A stretch of DNA of 64,000 nucleotides from Octopus vulgaris (Eukaryota). Shown here in pieces: positions 13,205 through 25,308 of the stretch (positions are counted from its first letter, which is position 1; every line of letters starts with the position of its first letter). The stretch lies in NCBI GenBank assembly GCA_951406725.2, contig OX597829.1:19158001-19222000 (forward strand). The letters are read 5' to 3'. The notes under the pieces are model-generated. The model had not been told where the DNA came from and made no database searches. It worked only from the letters and a program-made list of their open reading frames with translations. The position numbers were made by a program, and so were the translations under genes.

Positions 13205-13760
13205 GATGATGACAACGATGAGGACGACATCCATGATGAGGATGGGGATGATGACGACGACAACAGTGATGGTGAGGATGATGGTGGTGGTGATGGTAGT
13301 GGTGATGCTGATGATGATGATGATGATTGTGGTGATGGTGATCATGATGATGGTGGTGTTGATGATGATGTTAATAATGATGATGAAGTTGATGATGACA
13401 ACATCGATGACAAGGATGATGATGATGATGACGACAGTGATGGTGAGGGTGGTGGTGGTGGTGTTGATGCTGATGATGATGATGATGATGGCGACAACAA
13501 TAATGATGGTGAGGATGATGATGGTGGTGGTGGTGGTGGTGATGAAGTTGATGATGACAATGATGAGGACAACATCAACGACGAGGATGATGATGGTAAA
13601 GGTGTTGTTACTGTTGGTAGTGGTGGTGGTGGTGGCTGCAGTAGTGATGGTGGTATTGGTGGTGGTGGTGGTGTCAGTGGTGGCGCCAGTAGTTGTAGTT
13701 GAAGGGCTGATTAGTAGCAATAGCAATAGTTTTGGATGGTTATGATGATGGAAGTGATAG

Positions 13761-13802
<42 letters not shown>

Positions 13803-14059
13803 CAATGATGATGATGATGATGGTGATGGCGATCGTGATGATGGTGGCAGCGGCAGTGGTGGTGGAGGTGGTCATGGTAGTGATGATGAGGGTGGTGGTT
13901 GTGGTGATGGTGATGATGATGATGGAGATGATGACGATGATGATAGGTGTGGTGATGATGATGATGATGACAAGGAAAGCAAAGGAGCACAATAGCAGCA
14001 ACAAGAACAGTACTGAATAATGATGATCATCATCATGTTGATGATGATCATCATCATGT

Positions 14060-14093
<34 letters not shown>

Positions 14094-14155
14094 GGTGGTG
14101 GTGGTGGTGGTGGTGGTGGTGGTGGTGGTGGTGATGATGATGGTGATGGTGATAA
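13067..14155. repeat. Cryptic (GAT/GGT)n trinucleotide low-complexity tract
   Basis: About 1.1 kb of gat/ggt/gac triplets; produces poly-M/V/D/H/I pseudo-ORFs. Confidence 0.95.
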
Positions 14156-14851
14156 TGAGCAAAGGGACAAGGGTTACAAACATGGGGATAAGAATAATCA
14201 GAAGTCCATCTTGTGTGTTCTTTTTGCGATTTCTCAAAACCGATGCAGGATATTTTACACACTCTCTCATTTGCATCACGCTGCTATTTATGCATTTTGT
14301 TGATCAAATGATTTCCTCTCTTTGATCTCAACAATACCAATATTTTCCATGGAACTACAAGTTCCAGTGGCATGATAGCCAAAATAGAGAAAGCAAGCAG
14401 GTTAATCAACCGGTTTTGATACATTTCCGCGAGCCTAATTAATATCCTTGTGGAATGTACATCAGCTCTCATTCAACGTGTATACACTGTAACAATCAAT
14501 GCTTTGTTGTTCTTTTTCAGTCTGCTATCCCTGTTTCCTTTCTTCTGCAGACTTCCATATATGTGCATGTGTGTGTGTGTGTGTGTGTGTGTTGTATCAC
14601 TATCCTTGTTTTATGTTGATATCACTAAGGACATCAATTAGAAAAATAAAAATAAGAATAAAAAAATTTCCAGCTTTTAACAATAAAACAACATACATGA
14701 GCCAATGCAATTATCTCTTTCTGTTCACTCAGCCTCCTAGAAATAGCAGCTATGTATATTTTTTTTTTTTTCATTTTTCATTACAACATCCCCTTTGCAC
14801 CTTCCATACAAGTCACTATTCCAATGATCTTAAAAGATGACGGATATATTG

Positions 14852-15062
14852 GAACAGGCATGAAAAGGCCCAAAATTTTGGGGGAGAGAGGCCAGTCAAT
14901 TAGATCCACCCCAGTATGCAGCTGGTACTTAATTTATCAACCCCAAAAGGATGAAAGGCGAAGTCGACCTCAACGGAATTTGAACTCAGACTGTAAAGAC
15001 AGACAAAATACTGCTGAGTATTTCACCCGGAGTGCTAACGTTTCTGCCAGCTCGCTGCCTTA
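14852..15062 (-). mobile_element. SINE family D
   Basis: Core ggtcgact(t)tgcctttcatccttt(c)ggggtcgat..aagtaccag shared with 50095-50315 (-) and 63686-63980 (+); resembles the Meta/MESC SINE core as recalled, not verified. Confidence 0.75.
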
Positions 15063-15276
15063 TAACCAGTAATAAACTGCTTGACAAAACCTTGAAGGCA
15101 GTGCCCCAGCATGACTGAAACAAAGAAAAGATTATTTATGTATGTATATGCATGTGAGTGTGTGCATATATGTGTGTGTGTATGAATGTATACAAATATA
15201 TACAACCACATGTCGATCGTTGGCGGTTTTTTTTTTCCTCCATCTTCCTTTTCTCTTGGACTTTCCTCCATCTCCG

Positions 15277-15312
15277 GTTTCTGACAAAGAGCTTTGCTCG
15301 AAACATAAAAAC
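15277..15312 (+). ncRNA. Degenerate minimal hammerhead (Penelope-type) in a ~220-bp repeat
   Basis: GUUU CUGACAA A GAGC-UUU-GCUC GAAA CA UA AAAAC; two CpG-type decays; host repeat 15200-15420 is homologous to 40385-40565. Confidence 0.55.
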
Positions 15313-15430
15313 TACCTTCTTTCCTTTCCTGAGCATCTGCTAATACTTTGCATGTATCACGTCCTCTCATTGTTGTTTTTTTTCTTGTGTTTGTTCTTCG
15401 TTTTTTTGGATTTACTATATATACATATCT

Positions 15431-15828
15431 TATTGTATTTAGGAATGGTCATTTTTGCCAATTTAGCCAATAAAAACATACGTACTATATATTTGGTGAT
15501 ACTTTGCTTCAGCGTTATTTATTTTTTACATTAATCTTAATCTTATTTCAGCCAGAGTTCTTTCGTCACACTTCTGTGACCTCATCAGTGGTCCTTTGCT
15601 TTCTTCTTTCTTATTTGTGTGTCTCTCCTTACTAACGGTCAGCCATTTTGTATTTTGTATTCCTATTGTATGTGTCTTCATTTGCGCATGCATATACCTC
15701 TATATGCATCTAGGTTTAGTTAGTGTGTGGGGGGGGAGTGCCTGTAATATTTGTATCCCCTGTTTATATACGTTCATGTAATTTGTTTTTGTTTATTTTT
15801 ATTTTGTTCATGTGTTTACACCTACTTA

Positions 15829-15866
<38 letters not shown>

Positions 15867-15995
15867 TTTAATCTGGCCGAAATAAGATTAAGATTAATGT
15901 AAAAAATAAATAACGCTGAAGCAAAATAACACCAAATATATAGTGCATGTGTTTTTATTGGCTAGACTGGCAAAATGACTATTCCTACATACAAC
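15431..15995. repeat. ~125-bp inverted repeat pair (15431-15556 / 15872-15995), Penelope pLTR-like
   Basis: Arms are reverse complements (e.g. ttaatcttaatcttatttcagccaga / tctggccgaaataagattaagattaa); a hammerhead abuts the left arm. Confidence 0.75.
15552..15591 (-). ncRNA. Minimal type I hammerhead ribozyme, intact core
   Basis: CCA CUGAUGA G GUCACA-GAAG-UGUGAC GAAA GAAC UC/UGG; perfect 6-bp stem II. Confidence 0.75.
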
Positions 15996-16115
15996 AATAT
16001 CTGTTTCACATCAAAAATCTTGCAAAACAAATATATAAACATATATACATATGTACATACATATATCTGTATACACACACACACACATGTGTGTGTGTAT
16101 GTATATATATATACA

Positions 16116-16345
16116 TTCTTTTATTCATTTATTTGTTTCAGTCATTTGACAGCGGGCATGCTGGAGCAACGCCTCTAGTCGAACAAATCGACCCCAAGAC
16201 TTATTCTTTATAAGCCTAGTAATTATTCTATCAGTCTCTTTTGCCGAACCGCTAAGTCACAGGGACGTGAACACACCACCATCGGTTGTTAAGCGATGGT
16301 GGGGGGAGAGACAAACACAGACACACAAACATACATACACACACG

Positions 16346-16425
<80 letters not shown>

Positions 16426-16590
16426 ACGGGCTTCTTTCAGTTTCCTTCAACCAAATCCACTCATAAGGCTTTGGTCAGCCAGAGGCTATAGTAGAAGACA
16501 CTTGCCCAAGGTGCCATGCAGTGGGACTGTGGGACTGAACCCAGAACCATGTGGTTGAGAAGCAAGCTTCTTACTCCACGCCCACACCTG
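16116..16590 (-). mobile_element. SINE family A, near full-length
   Basis: Head, body, internal microsatellite and tail all present. Confidence 0.88.
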
Positions 16591-16598
16591 TGCATGTG

Positions 16599-16645
<47 letters not shown>

Positions 16646-16680
16646 ACACATGAAAGAAAAATAGTTTCATTCTGAATTAT

Positions 16681-16838
16681 AACTGTCCAACAAATGGGAA
16701 TGTGAAACTCTGAGTAGCTGTTTTTTTGTGATATTTTTGTGATGTTTTTGCAGGTTTTAAGAAAGCATATTACTCTACCTCTGGTGTTCGAGTACTATTT
16801 TTACCACCTTGTTTCACATTTATGTGCTTACTCGAATA
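16681..16838 (+). mobile_element. Penelope-like fragment with CpG-decayed hammerhead
   Basis: Homologous in opposite orientation to 32643-32790; CUGU CCAACAA AUG GGAA UGU GAAA CUCUGAG UA. Confidence 0.55.
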
Positions 16839-16926
16839 TATAGATTTATTTATATATAGATATAGATATATGCATAAATATATATATATTGTCTACACAC
16901 ACACACATACACACACATACTGTATG

Positions 16927-16977
<51 letters not shown>

Positions 16978-17857
16978 TTGGCGTTCGCTTTCCATGCTAG
17001 CATGGGTTGGACGGTTCAACTGGGGTCTGTGAAGCCAGAAGGCTGCATCAGGCCCAGTCTGATCTTGCAGTGTTTCTACGGCTGGATGCCCTTCCTAACG
17101 CCAACCACTCCGTGAGTGTAGTGGGTGCTTTTTACGTGCCACCCGCACAGGTGCCAGACAGAGCTGGCAAACGGCCACGAACGGATGGTGCTACGTGCCA
17201 CCGGCATGGGGGTCAGGCGAGGCTGGTAACGGCCACGAACGGATGGTGCTTTTTACGTGCCACCGGCTCGGAGGTCAGTCGGGGCGGTGCTGGCAACGGG
17301 TACGATCGCATGGTTCACTTACTTGTCACCAGCACTGGTATCACAGCTGCAATTTCCATTGAAGTTGATCGACTTCGATTTTGGTTCTGCTTTCTGATAT
17401 CTGATTTGATTTGGTTTGATTTTGATTTTGATTTTGATTTTTTGATTTTTTGATTTTCACTTGCCTCAACGGGTCTTCACAAGTGGAGTTTTGTGCCCCA
17501 AGAAGGAAAGGTATGTATAAGTCGACTGGCTACATACCAGGTAGAGGCCATGGGTTATGGTCTCACTAGTCTTGCCGGGTCTTCTCACGCACAGCATACT
17601 TCCATAGGTCTCGGTCTCTAGTCATTTCCTTGGTGAGACCTAAAGTTCGAAGATCGTGCTTCACCACCTCGTCCCAGGTTTTCCTGGGTCTACCTCTTCC
17701 ACAGGTTCCCTCAACCACTAGGGTGTAGCACTTTTGCACACAACTATCTTCAGCCATTCTCGTCACATGACCATACCAGCGCAAACGTCTCTCTTGCACA
17801 CCACAACTGATGCTTCTTAGGTCCAACTTTTCTCTCAAGGTACTTACACTCTATCGA
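16927..17857 (-). mobile_element. RTE-clade LINE, 5'-truncated (ORF C-terminus 17566-17850, 3' UTR, (GAT)n tail)
   Basis: ERRLRWYGHVTRM..GRGRPRKTWDEVVKHDL..RDRDLWK, the diagnostic RTE C-terminus. Confidence 0.92.
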
Positions 17858-17914
17858 TTATGAACACACACATATATATATATATAATGTATGTATGTAT
17901 GTATGTATATATAA

Positions 17915-17972
<58 letters not shown>

Positions 17973-18324
17973 CATGTTTTGTATCTGTGTTTGTCACCCA
18001 CCATTGCTTCACAACTAGTGTTGGTGTGTTTATGTCCCTTTAACATAGTAGTGCAGCCAAAGAAACCAGTAGAATAAGTACTAGGCTTAAAAGACAAAAG
18101 TCCTGGGGTTGATTTGTTTGACTAAAACCCCTCAAGATGATGCCCCATCATGGTCACAGACAAATGACTGAAACAAGTAAGAGTTAAAAGATATATCCAT
18201 ATATGTGTATATGTATATGGAACTATATGGAATTCTTGAAGTATATCTAGTAGCATGTGCATCACTACTGTATGATGACATCTGGTTGCCAATACCTGTG
18301 GACAAGCTTTGCACAGCATTCCAC

Positions 18325-18387
<63 letters not shown>

Positions 18388-18433
18388 TGTATATATATAT
18401 ACGATGATGATGGTGATGATGATGATGTTTTCG

Positions 18434-18472
<39 letters not shown>

Positions 18473-18895
18473 TGATATATGATGATATATATATATATAT
18501 GTATATATATACATACACACACACACATATATATGCATATACATACACACACATATATATATAAAACACGAGGGCCTTGATTGAAATGCCTTTCATCACA
18601 AACCTGTTCAATCAGGACTGACCTGTAATTGAACCATCATCATCAACAACAGCAACAAACGAAGCAGCAGCAGCAACAAAAACATTTACAAGCAGCTGGT
18701 GCATAGTAACTGATTCCCCATATTAAACCAATGTAAACCCATGGAAGAAAGGAAAGAAAGGAAGGAAGAGAAGAGAAGCATAAAAAAAAAGGAGAGAAAA
18801 AAAAAGCTAAAGAAAAAAATCCCAGTTTTAAAATGAAATTATATCTTTTGCTTATAATTATCCCTTAACATTGTAATTCATTAGATGTTCTTCAG

Positions 18896-19095
18896 ATTTC
18901 CCAGAAAGTAAACCAAGGCTCAGCTTAGTGCCGCCACCTGGTGGTGTTGCTGGTGGCAATGGTGGTGAGGAGGGTGTAGACTCGGTGCATATTTATTCGG
19001 CAACTGATCTACCACCTGGCTATAACCAAGCTTTCATCAGTTCTCCTCGTGGAGTCATTACCTTACTGGACGAGCACTTCTTTTTCCAGCATTGA
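18896..19095 (+). CDS. Candidate terminal coding exon of an unidentified host gene
   Basis: Non-repetitive island, more GC-rich than its flanks; AG acceptors at 18883-84 or 18894-95; 65 open codons FPESKPRLSLVPPPGG..DLPPGYNQAF..DEHFFFQH* with a PPxY motif. No homolog recognised. Confidence 0.35.
18931..18944 (-). promoter_or_regulatory. Consensus CTCF motif
   Basis: CCACCAGGTGGCGG matches CCASYAGRKGGCRS at all positions. Confidence 0.35.
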
Positions 19096-19419
19096 ACTCC
19101 TTTCAAGTAGAAATGATTATTAACAAGGGAGCATAAGAAAGTTTTCCTTTTATGTTCCCTCTCTCTCTATCATTCTTTTTTGCTTTCTTTCTCTCTGTCT
19201 GTCTCTCTCTTCCTTCTTTATCTTTTATTCTTTAGAACCACCTCATATCTTATACTTTATACACTTATGTCATAAGTAAGAGTGCACAGTGGTAGAATGG
19301 TAAAATTCTAAAAGTATCAGACAAACTACCTGGTGGTATCTTTGTATGTCTATGGCTCCTTGCATTCTAAGTTCAAACACAGCTAAAGTCATCTTTGACA
19401 TTTATTCTTCCAGTGATAG

Positions 19420-19810
19420 AAGCATCCATGATGAAACAGTTGAGACAAATTACGAATATCATTCTGTTTGATAAGATCAGGAATGAAGAGATCGTATGGC
19501 TTGCTGGTCTGTCTCCTATGGGGGAAATCCTCATTGATAGAAATTTATGTTGGTCGGGCCATGTACACAGGATGGACAACAACATCCTTTACTGCAAACT
19601 ATGAAAGGGGAAAAGAAACCAGGGAAGACCAGGGAAGACCTAAACTGAGATTTGAAGATACTAAAAAAAGGAAATGAATATGAAAGGAACTGATCATAAT
19701 AAATGGCAAACCCAAGTGAAAAACTGACCAGTATAGAGAGAGCTTATCAAGTTATGCCAAAGCCACAAACAGTCATAGTCACGATAAATGACTGCAACTA
19801 ATAATAATGA
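19420..19810 (+). mobile_element. Old RTE (BovB-like) LINE 3' fragment
   Basis: LRQITNI..DKIRNEEI..LCWSGHVHRMDN..QGRPKLRFEDT with frameshifts. Confidence 0.75.
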
Positions 19811-20424
19811 TGACAAAGGGAAAGGCAAAGGGGCCGATACAGCTTGGCACCAGTGACGTCACAACTCATTTCTACAGCTGAGTGAACTGGAGCAGCATGA
19901 AATTAAGTGTCTTGCTCAAGAACACAACATACAGCCCAGGAATTGAACTCGTGATTGTCAGCCCAACGCTCTAACCACTGAGCCATGCGCCTTCACACAC
20001 ATACACACACATATACACACATACATACTTAAACACATATACATATATGAATGTGTGTGTGTGTTAGTGTCTTCTTGTCTTCATATTGTGTGCTTGTTGT
20101 AAATGTGTGTCACTGCCATGCAAACGGTATCATTCATTTCCATTATTCTGCAAGATTGTCTCTTGGAATCATGGAGAAATATTACCTTGCTTGGAAACAT
20201 GTGAAGGTAGGTGACAGGAAGGGCATCTAAGTGTAGAAAATCTGTCTCAACAAATTCCATCTGACTGATGCAAGCATGGGAAAAAAATGGATGCTAAAAC
20301 AATGGTGGTGGTGGTGCTGGGTGCTGGATGGGGGGAGGAGGAGGAGGAGGAGGAAGAAGAAGAAGAAGAAGAAGAAGAAGAAGAAGAAGAAGAAGAAGAA
20401 GAAGAAGAAGAAGAAGACGACGAC

Positions 20425-20875
20425 GATAGAGAAATTAAGGCCAACAGACCAGATATAGTTGTCAGAGATCACGAAGAAAAAAAATGCTTTCTAATTGATG
20501 TATCAATACCAGCAGATGGCAACGTGTCTCTAAAAGAAATGGAGAAACTCTCAAAATACAAAGACCTGGAAATAGAGGTAACTCGAATGTGGAATCTAAA
20601 AACAGAAACAATTCCTATCATAGTAGACGCATTAGGCATGATAAAAAAATATCCAGACAAATACATAACAAAAACACCAGGACTTACAAACACATATAAC
20701 ATACAGAAAATTGCACTACTGGGCACTGCACACATCCTACGCAGAACACTTTCCATACAATAACCATCAGAGCATCACAACAAATCACAGCACATACCCA
20801 AGGCACACAGAGCTGCGCTCGGTAGTGAAGTGAAAGCATGCTATAAAAATAAAACTACTGAATAATAATAATCAT
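20425..20875 (+). mobile_element. R4/Dong-like non-LTR retrotransposon 3' end (restriction-like endonuclease, UTR, (TAA)n tail)
   Basis: IKANRPDIVV..CFLIDVSIP..KEMEKLSKYKDL..IPIIV: PD-(D/E)xK REL domain; second copy at 63000-63258. Confidence 0.9.
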
Positions 20876-20904
20876 GATAATGATGATGATGATAATATTC
20901 AACA

Positions 20905-20994
20905 ACAACATGAACTTCCAACCTGTTGTCTCTTGAGGTCTCTGGGTGAGACTTGGAGCCAGCTTGTACAAATATAAAGCAAAAGTCAAGCATA

Positions 20995-21086
<92 letters not shown>

Positions 21087-21155
21087 TAATAATAATAATA
21101 ATAATAATAATGATAATAATAATAATAATAATATTAATAATAATAATAATAATCA
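20905..21155 (+). mobile_element. Short retroposon 3' end with long (TAA)n tail
   Basis: About 90 bp of non-simple sequence (gaggtctctgggtgagacttggagcc) followed by about 150 bp of (AAT)n. Confidence 0.5.
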
Positions 21156-21918
21156 TCATTTCCATTAAAGGCACAAGGCTTGAAATTTGGAGGCCTCATG
21201 CCTAGAGTAGAAAAAAATATTGTTCTACATTGGTGATGACTGTTTATGCTTTGTTTACAACTTCTCGAGACAATTCTTATTTTTTGTTGATAAGTGACAG
21301 GGCGGGGTATCAGATATTCACTGAATTGTTGAAAGGGCAGCTGTTGTTAGGTTGAGTTCACACCATTGTTTCAACTTGTTATAGACTACATAATGCTGAT
21401 TGTTTCGGCTTCATCAATTCAGGTCACTTGTCAATTAAGTATTAAACGTATAATTGCCCATGAATAAAACAATTAATTTTGCTGATGAATTAACTGCTAA
21501 ATATTATATAATTTGTTGATGATTAACAACTAGGTTAATATATATTAATATATATGTATGTGTATGAGTGTGTGTGTGTGTGTGCATGTGTGTGTTTGTA
21601 TATATGTGTGTGTGTGTGTGTGCACTTACATTTATATATATATATATATATATATGTATATGTGTGTGTTTGTGTGTGTATCAATGTAAATATGTATTTA
21701 CACACACACACACACACACATATCTACAAACACACACATGCACACATATATATATACACATATATATTTACATTTATATATATATGTGTGTGTGTGCAAT
21801 ACATATATAAATAATTATGTATATATATAAATATATAATATACATACTATATTTGCACATATATAAGCATATATATATACATATACATACATATATATAC
21901 ATATATATATGTTCATAC

Positions 21919-21949
<31 letters not shown>

Positions 21950-22349
21950 TATATATACATACATATATATACACATACATATACATAGATACATACACAT
22001 ATATACATATATATATATATATATGTATGTATATATATATATATATATATATACATATACATACCCATTCAGACACATACATTCATACACTCACACACAT
22101 ACAGCAAAAACATTGTGGCTGTGAGCAATTTTTTTGCCATTTAAAACAAATGTATGCTCCTAGGTTCTTTGTCTTTTTTTTTTATTGTTATTTTCCATCT
22201 AATTCCCACTCCTACCCGCCCACCAGTTGTGGCAACAACTTTGTCAGTAACACCTCACGTTCCACTTACTATGTCATAGATACACAGTAGTGTAGAGTCT
22301 CGGTGACCTAATCTTAAATGTAAAATGGAATTTTAAATACTTAATGTAC

Positions 22350-22906
22350 AGCATCATTATTGTAAAAAAAAATATATGTTAATGACAAGAGAACAGAAAA
22401 TGAGTGTATCTATGTATGTATCTATGGTTTGTGAAGACATGTGACCCGGTGGTTAGGGGTATTTGACTTATGATCATAAGGTCACAAGTTCGGTTCCTGG
22501 TGATGCATTGTGAGCTTAAGCAAGACTCTTTATTTCATGTTGCTCCAATCCACTCAGCTGGCAAAAGAGACCGATAGAATAAGTACTGGGCTTGAATAAG
22601 TCCTGGGGTCGATTTGCTCCAACTAAAGGCGGTGCTCCAGCATGGCCGCAGTCAAATGATTGAAACAAGTAAAAGAGTAAAGAGTAAAGAGAGCATCATT
22701 ATTGTAAAAAAATATATGTTAATGACAAGAGAACAGAAAATGAGTGTATCTATGTATGTGTCTATGGTTTGTGAAGACATGTGACCCGGTGGTTAGGGGT
22801 ATTTGACTTATGATCCGAAGTTCACAAGTTCAGTTCCTGGTGATGCATTGTGAGCTTAAGCAAGACACTTTATTTCATGTTGCTCCAATCCACTCAGCTG
22901 GCAAAA
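22350..22906 (+). repeat. ~216-bp direct duplication flanking a SINE A 3' fragment
   Basis: 22350-22566 is nearly identical to 22692-22906; SINE tail at 22561-22691 between them. Confidence 0.9.
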
Positions 22907-23435
22907 ATGAGTTGTACCTGTATTTCAAGGGACCAGCCTTGTCACATTCTCAGTCACACTGAATCTCCCTGAGAACTATAATTAGGGTACACATATCTGT
23001 GAAGTGCTCAGCCACTTGCACGTTAATTTCACAAGCAGGCTTTTCTGTTGATCAGATCAACTGGAAGCCTCATTGTTGTAACCCACAGAGTACCAGAACT
23101 AATGTTTGAATAGAGGTGCGTGGCTTAATGGTTTGGGGTATTCGGCTCACAATCGTAAGGTCGTGAGTTCGATTCCCAGGGGTACATTGTATCCTCAAGC
23201 AAGACACTTTATTTCTTGTTTTTCCTGTCCGCTCAACTGGCAAAAATGAGTAGCGCCTGTATTTCAAAGGACTAGCCTTGTCACATTCTGTATCACACTG
23301 GAGCTCCCTGAGAACCATGTTAAGGGTACATATGTCTGTGGAATACTCAACCACTTGCAGGTCAATTTCCCAAGCAGGCTGTTCTCTTGATCAGATCAGC
23401 TGGAAACCTCATCATCATAACCAAAGGAGTGCCAG
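22775..23435 (+). mobile_element. Two tandem SINE family B copies (22775-23095, 23112-23435)
   Basis: tRNA-like head with A/B boxes; body homologous to 43085-43416. Confidence 0.85.
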
Positions 23436-23960
23436 TTTACAAATCTTAAATTTCTTAAATGTGCAGTATGATTTTAACGAGGCAACTCTTATGACTTCAA
23501 TGCTAAGTTGTCGTTATCATCATCATTATCATCATCATTAGCTCCCTCTCTCTCCTCTCTCTTTCCCTCTCCTTTCTTTTCCAGCTTGGGTAGCCATGTA
23601 TCTACTCTGCAGCAAGATACCCATCTCTATCCTTCTATTATGCTTAAACCTCTCACCAATTGGCACAACACCTCCTCCCTCAATACTGCTCCCTCTTCCA
23701 GTTGATCTGCTGAGTCATTTGGTGGCCTCACTGCTGCTGGTGCCATGCTAAAATGCACCCAATACAACCTGAAAATGGTTGGTGATAGGAAGGGCATTAA
23801 GCTGTAGAAACCAGGCCAAAACAGTCAACAGAACCTTGTGCAGTATGAAAAACGGATGTTAAATGATGATGATGATGATGATGATGAAGTTCCATACTGG
23901 CCTTGGTTGCATGTTCTCCAGTGCTTACTTTAGTTCTTTGTTCCCCCACTCTCTCTCCTT

Positions 23961-23995
<35 letters not shown>

Positions 23996-24126
23996 TTCTA
24001 TTGGCTATCGCTGACGTTATATCCTATAACAAGTATTTGAAACAATCTTAATAGCATTCAGTTAATCACTATACATATCCATTATTTTCTGCTAAAATGT
24101 CTTATTGATGAGTTTCATTTCTTCAT

Positions 24127-24211
24127 TTCCCTGAAGAGAAGATTACATTGTTTTACACAATTTTATTCCTTTGGAATAATACCAGTGATATCTTCGAAAC
24201 ATGTGTTGGAA
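24127..24211 (+). ncRNA. Type I hammerhead ribozyme with extended stem II
   Basis: UUCC CUGAAGA GAAGAU-(46 nt)-AUCUUC GAAA CAUGUG UU/GGAA; core intact, self-complementary stem III. Confidence 0.65.
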
Positions 24212-24773
24212 GTAAAAGAATTTGAATAACACCTGTGTTTAACTCCATTTATTTATTTATATATATTATACAAAATTTTTCATGTAAACCAGAGGTTTCT
24301 ACCTTTAAAAACAGCCTTTTTACTTGTGTGATTTTTTGCTACCCTGGTAACTATTTATATATTTTTTGCATGTTAATTGTTAACAAGGGATAAATACACA
24401 CATCTAATAATGATGTAAATCATCATCATCATCATTTAATATCCATGTTCCATGCTCCAGTGTCTGCTTTGGCATGGCTTTTTATGGTCGGATGCCCTTC
24501 CTAAAACCAACCACTTTACAGAGCATACTGGGTGATTTTAACATGGCACCAGCACCAGTGAGGGTGCTAGTCACTGACAAGATAAGATCCCTCTACTGAG
24601 TGGGGTGTAGGCTGGAGAAAGAAAATATGATAGAGGGAAATGCCTGGTCATTTAGGAGGGTGTCACAGTAAACATGGAAGTTGTGGGTGTGAATGAGGGT
24701 GAAGTCTACTGCAAGTGCAACAACCTGATCTTCCTCAGCTGGGTGTGGACAGCGATCATATGTACATATACAC

Positions 24774-24837
<64 letters not shown>

Positions 24838-25046
24838 ATATATATGGAGGTGAGGCCGCTGAGTTCCTTTCAAGCAGGCCTCATGGAGGCACAAATATAT
24901 ATATATATATACTTATATATATATAAAAGTATAAAGTCAGAAATGACAGAGAAATAGTTTGATGAAATTTTATTTAACAATAAGAAAATTCTAATATCAT
25001 GGCAAATTGTTTTGTAACTTAAAAACATGTAAATAATTTATGTATT

Positions 25047-25308
25047 TGTGAAGTATATTTACCACTTAAATGTGACAAACCCTTAAGGGTGTATGCTACT
25101 GTAGCTTGTAGCCCCAGGAAGACACCTCCTCCAGCTGGCTTTTGAGACACTTTCTGTGCCCTTCCAGTATTTGCAAAGGGAAGCCATGTCTTCCTGGGGC
25201 TACAAGCTACAGTAGCATCCACACTTAAGGGTTAGCCACATTTAAGTGACAAATATACTTCATGATGTCGTGCAGCTACTGTTTATACCTTGCTCAGAGA
25301 TTTATTAT
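25047..25308. mobile_element. Fold-back insertion (76-bp inverted arms) with 13-bp TSD
   Basis: Arms 25049-25124 / 25187-25262; TSD taatttatgtatt at 25034-46 and 25309-21; empty-site paralog at about 31855-31870. Confidence 0.8.

Noticed and set aside
12815-14325. 257-391 aa His/Ile/Met/Asp-rich ORFs and a good splice acceptor at 13008
   Set aside because: Open in several frames on both strands because of the (GAT/GGT)n tract; only about 20 complex codons follow the acceptor and there is no convincing donor.
24720-24750. Hammerhead 5' half (CUGAGGA AGAUC, minus)
   Set aside because: No matching GAUC-GAAA downstream; truncated or coincidental.
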